Below are positions 8,160 through 11,436 of a DNA stretch of 11,436 nucleotides, in pieces. Position 1 is the first letter of the stretch. Every line of letters starts with the position of its first letter. Both the position numbers and the translations under genes were made by a program. This DNA is from Candidatus Firestoneibacteriota bacterium (GTDB taxonomy: Bacteria; Oederibacteriota; D2-FULL-39-29; JBBTED01). The stretch lies in NCBI GenBank assembly GCA_038042445.1, contig JBBTED010000115.1, positions 1 through 11,436 of the forward strand. Direction: 5' to 3'. Under the pieces are notes generated by a model that saw only the letters and a program-made list of their open reading frames with translations, ran no database searches and had not been told where the DNA came from.

Positions 8160-8268
8160 TATGGTCCGTCTTCTTTCACCGGACTATAATTCTTTCCCTT
8201 ATGGTTGGTATTTTTTCCACCAGACCATAATTTTTTGTTTATAGTCTGCCTTCTTTCACCAGACCATA
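8160..8268. repeat. Three tandem 29-30-nt hairpin units (8160-8188, 8200-8229, 8240-8268)
   Basis: tatggtccg-tcttctttcac-cggactata; tatggttgg-tattttttccac-cagaccata; tatagtctg-ccttctttcac-cagaccata. Period 40. Confidence 0.9.
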
Positions 8269-8270
8269 CT

Positions 8271-8660
8271 TCACCATATATAACCTATAATTTCTCCACC
8301 TATTTTTTTTGCACTTGCTTCTTTACCTGTCATTATCCCTAAAGATGTAGAAATCAAAACCGAACCAAACCCTCCAAATATCCTAGGGATTTCTCTATAC
8401 CTTTTGTAAATTCTTAAGCTTGATTTACTAACTCGCTTTATTCCAGCAATAACCCGTTTATTACCTTTTAAATATTTTAAAAATATTCTAATAATTCCGC
8501 CTTTTGCATCAGGAAGATGTCTATAATTTTGTATATATCCCTCACTCAACAATAGTTTTACTATCTCAAGTTTAAGCTTAGATGAAGGAATATCCACTTG
8601 TTCATGCAATTCCTTATTAGCATTCCTAATTCGTGTAAACATATCTGCTATTGGATCCAT
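8271..8660 (-). CDS. rpsH: 30S ribosomal protein S8
   Basis: MDPIADMFTRIRNA...PSSKLK...EGYI...ISTSLGIMT...IGGEIIGYIW. AGGGG RBS upstream. Confidence 0.99.
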   Translation of the reverse strand: MDPIADMFTRIRNANKELHEQVDIPSSKLKLEIVKLLLSEGYIQNYRHLPDAKGGIIRIFLKYLKGNKRVIAGIKRVSKSSLRIYKRYREIPRIFGGFGSVLISTSLGIMTGKEASAKKIGGEIIGYIW

Positions 8661-8689
8661 TCTTTTCCCCTTTTACTTACCAATACAAT

Positions 8690-8714
8690 GTGAAAAGTTT
8701 TTGATACTTTTCAC
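8690..8714. other. Perfect 9-bp inverted repeat (possible weak terminator, processing stem or binding site)
   Basis: gtgaaaagt-ttttgat-acttttcac, located 11 nt after the stop of the large ORF. The stem is AT-rich and has no clear U-tract. Confidence 0.5.
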
Positions 8715-8725
8715 CTAAAAAACTT

Positions 8726-11436
8726 TTATTTTAATTCTAAAATCAATAAGATTTTGTCTATTTTTACTTTGTCTTTTTCGGATTTGTGTTTCTTATCTTT
8801 TATTTTTACTGCATCTAAGCTTTTTATCCATACATCTATATGATCGTGTTTTTCATTTGCTATATCTGCTATCACATCTGCATCTGTGGATTTTATTGTG
8901 TACCAGCCTTCATCTGTTGGTGTTATATCTCCATTTATCTGATGCACATCTACCCATTTACCACCTCTAAAGCATTTCCACTTTCCGCCTTCCTTCTTCT
9001 GCTTCTCCATGCTCCATACCTCTATGTATGGATTTTCTTTGTCACTCGCTTCACTTCCATCTGCTTCATATTCTTGAATTTTTAATTTTACCACAACTCC
9101 TGTTATATTGCCAGTTATTTTCTTTGTGTTATATTTATATACTTTGTGATGCTCTTTTGGTCCTCCTATTGAACCTGTGCCTACTAAATCTCCTTCCATC
9201 TTTTTTGTCCATATCTTATACACCATCACATCTTTGCTTGCTTTGTTGTTGGTTGTATCAAACTCTGATATTGTATTATCTGGATTTACTTCTACATAAA
9301 TACTATGTGCTCCTGTTTGACTTGGATTCCATTCTACTCGTACTATTACTTCGCCACCATTTTTACCTATTAAATCTATACTTCCCTCTGCTATGTATAA
9401 TCCACCTTCTTCTGGGTTTCCATCGTAAAATCGTACTGATACATTCCTTGCATCCGTTTTTCCATAATTATATACTTTCGCTGTTATGTTTAATTCTGTG
9501 TTCTCAAATTCTTCATTTGGATATTCTATTGTTACATCTGATGCACTAATTGCTAAATCTGGTAAACTTGAACCATACGCAAATTGGACTTCTTTACTAC
9601 TTATTAAACCTTGTGCATTTAATTCTGCCTTAATTGTATGCCAACCTGCTTGCACAACTGGTATTGAAATTATCAATTCCTCTGTGCTTCCTGTCCATAC
9701 TATATTCTGACTATTTATATAATTTCCATCTAAATATATTGTTAATATCCCTTGTTCATTTTGTTTCCCATATAAAGTCACTTTTGCATCTACTGGCTCT
9801 GTTATTGTTGGATATTCTGTTTTATCTGTTGTTAATCCAAGTAATACTGCTTTGCCTACATCAAAACTCTTGGCTCCTGATACCAACAACATTTCACTAT
9901 TAGTATACATCGCATATATCAATCTGTGTATTCCTGTGCTTTCTGTAGATACTGTCCATGTATAATTAAATTTATTTTCTCCTTTTACCAAATATGTACT
10001 CTCATTTATTACTTCTATTGTTGTTTGATTTGGCTCTATTAACCACGCCTTTATTATCACTGGTGTTATATCGCTATTACTATTTGCACTTAAACTTAAT
10101 GTTACTTGTTCACCTATATTTGGCTCTACCTTATCTAATTTTGCCTCTAATATTTGAACCTGATACCCTGCTATATCTATTAGATATGTATAACTCTTTC
10201 CCGCAAAACTGTAACTTATTGTTTGCGTGCCTGCTATCATTTCACCCGGCAATACAAAACTTAATGTTGTTATGCCTGTAGATATTTCTATACTTTCGCT
10301 GTAATTTGGTCCTGTTATACTTATCGCTCCTGCTTCACTGCTTTCTATTTTTATCGTTACTGTTTCTCCATGATTATACACCTGCTTGTCTGTGGTTAAT
10401 GTTACAACATCCACTTTTTTCGGCACATACACTGAATCTAACCATATTGACCTACCTGTTTTAAAATATATTCCAAAACTTAATTTTTGCCCTGTATGTT
10501 TTACAGGTATTGATGCAAATTCTATTGTTTGAGTTCCACTATTTAGAACAAAATCCTGAGTTGATGCCCACTCATTAAATTGTGCATTGGCTTTTAATAT
10601 TATATCTGTTGCTTGCAATAAATTAGTTATTGTTAAATTAAGTCTTGCCTGCTCCCCTTCTATATAACTTTCCTTGTCTAAACTCGCTATAACTGATATT
10701 TTTATACCATTAACTTTGAAATTTATATCGTAACCTGTATCATTCAAATATACTTTACTCGTATAATTGCCGTCTTGTATATCCTCAGGAATTGTAAATT
10801 CAAATACACAAGAACCTTCTTCTCCAGAATTTAACCATACATATTTTGTCTGGTCTAATGCATCAAATATTGCAAATCTTACTTTTGCTTGTCCCTTTAT
10901 GTCACCTGTATTTCTTATATTCAAATTTACACTCGCCATAGCTCCTGCCAAAAATTCTATACCTGCTGGCAAATTCGTAATTTCAAACTTAGCTCCACTT
11001 ATACTAATTTGTTTTGTTTCACTTGCTATTACCTGCCCTGAATAAAGCAATTCTATTTTTACGTCAAACGTTCCTCCATACTGCGGCGTTATTGCAAAAT
11101 TATAGTTTTGTTCTGCATTAATTCCTAAATTCACATTTACTTCCTCATTCAAAAATATATTCGTTATTCTTAAACTACCCTCATATTCATTTATTCCTGC
11201 ATTTTTTACTTTTACTAATAATGGAAAACTTCCATTTGAAAATTCTCCTAAATTAACGCTCAACAATCCTTGATTATATTTCCCTACTTTAAAATTTATC
11301 CCTCCTGTTTCATAATATGTGCTGTAACCTACTTCGTAATTCCCTGACACCAAATTCTCCAGCACAAGATTATCACTTATGTTTTGTCCTGCTGATACTG
11401 TACAATTCACAACTTTGCTTATTATATTTTGCCCAT
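8726..11436 (-). CDS. C-terminal part of a very large surface/secreted-type protein with tandem Ig-like beta-sandwich domains and a CARDB domain; 5'-truncated
   Basis: The frame stays open upstream of GTG 11410 to the edge (...GQNIISKVVNCTV), so the protein is >900 aa. Recurrent domain starts: SLDKESYIEGE, TTDKQVYNHGE, KLDKVEPNIGE, TTDKTEYPTITE. CARDB signature LPDLAIS...ITAKVYNYG...VSVRFYDGNP...IYVEVNPDNTISEFDTTNNKAS at ~9230-9565. Confidence 0.88.
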   Translation of the reverse strand, partial: GQNIISKVVNCTVSAGQNISDNLVLENLVSGNYEVGYSTYYETGGINFKVGKYNQGLLSVNLGEFSNGSFPLLVKVKNAGINEYEGSLRITNIFLNEEVNVNLGINAEQNYNFAITPQYGGTFDVKIELLYSGQVIASETKQISISGAKFEITNLPAGIEFLAGAMASVNLNIRNTGDIKGQAKVRFAIFDALDQTKYVWLNSGEEGSCVFEFTIPEDIQDGNYTSKVYLNDTGYDINFKVNGIKISVIASLDKESYIEGEQARLNLTITNLLQATDIILKANAQFNEWASTQDFVLNSGTQTIEFASIPVKHTGQKLSFGIYFKTGRSIWLDSVYVPKKVDVVTLTTDKQVYNHGETVTIKIESSEAGAISITGPNYSESIEISTGITTLSFVLPGEMIAGTQTISYSFAGKSYTYLIDIAGYQVQILEAKLDKVEPNIGEQVTLSLSANSNSDITPVIIKAWLIEPNQTTIEVINESTYLVKGENKFNYTWTVSTESTGIHRLIYAMYTNSEMLLVSGAKSFDVGKAVLLGLTTDKTEYPTITEPVDAKVTLYGKQNEQGILTIYLDGNYINSQNIVWTGSTEELIISIPVVQAGWHTIKAELNAQGLISSKEVQFAYGSSLPDLAISASDVTIEYPNEEFENTELNITAKVYNYGKTDARNVSVRFYDGNPEEGGLYIAEGSIDLIGKNGGEVIVRVEWNPSQTGAHSIYVEVNPDNTISEFDTTNNKASKDVMVYKIWTKKMEGDLVGTGSIGGPKEHHKVYKYNTKKITGNITGVVVKLKIQEYEADGSEASDKENPYIEVWSMEKQKKEGGKWKCFRGGKWVDVHQINGDITPTDEGWYTIKSTDADVIADIANEKHDHIDVWIKSLDAVKIKDKKHKSEKDKVKIDKILLILELK

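Noticed and set aside
7138..8268. CRISPR array interpretation of the 29-nt palindromic repeats
   Set aside because: Linkers are only 10-11 nt and low complexity, the repeats are degenerate, there are only 2-3 per cluster, and no cas genes are present.
8840..11045. Plus-strand ORFs 8840..9085, 9028..9549, 9486..9710, 9634..9903, 9994..10281, 10767..11045
   Set aside because: Antisense shadows of the purine-skewed giant gene. The Leu/Phe-rich ones are a by-product of its codon bias.
11408..11410. GTG 11410 as the true start of the 894-aa ORF
   Set aside because: The frame is open to the window edge, and there is no RBS or signal peptide at this point.
1..11436. Possible circular element: joining position 1 to 11436 would fuse the two edge ORFs in frame (TAT G|AT GGG), and both ends read 'cat'
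   Set aside because: Frame agreement has a 1-in-3 chance and a 3-nt match is trivial. There is no long terminal overlap and no replication or mobility gene, and the left end is more GC-rich than most of the right ORF.

Overview
AT-rich bacterial window with every supported gene on the minus strand. The centre (3073-8660) is an isolated block of the spc/alpha ribosomal superoperon: rpsH-rplF-rplR-rpsE-rplO-secY-adk-map-infA-rpmJ. rpmD is absent, and the usual neighbours (rpsN upstream, rpsM downstream) are replaced by unrelated genes. Upstream is the 3' part of a very large Ig-like/CARDB surface-type protein, open to the right edge. Downstream is a signal-peptide beta-propeller gene tightly coupled to a large ORF that the supplied track misses (1813 to the left edge, >604 aa): signal peptide, M23 peptidase, Gly linker, class I GATase-like fold, Ig-like domain, with a sharp GC and codon shift near position 800. 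The main hypothesis (inference) is a family of giant exported proteins with exchangeable N-terminal enzyme cassettes and a cognate propeller partner, with two loci interrupting the ribosomal superoperon. The window also contains several small palindromic elements: a covarying 29-nt hairpin arrayed in front of rplF and rpsE, a heptad-repeat stem after rpmJ, GTAG-type REP-like hairpins (one in frame inside adk), and a GTCATTGCGAG-type half element in frame in the giant ORF.
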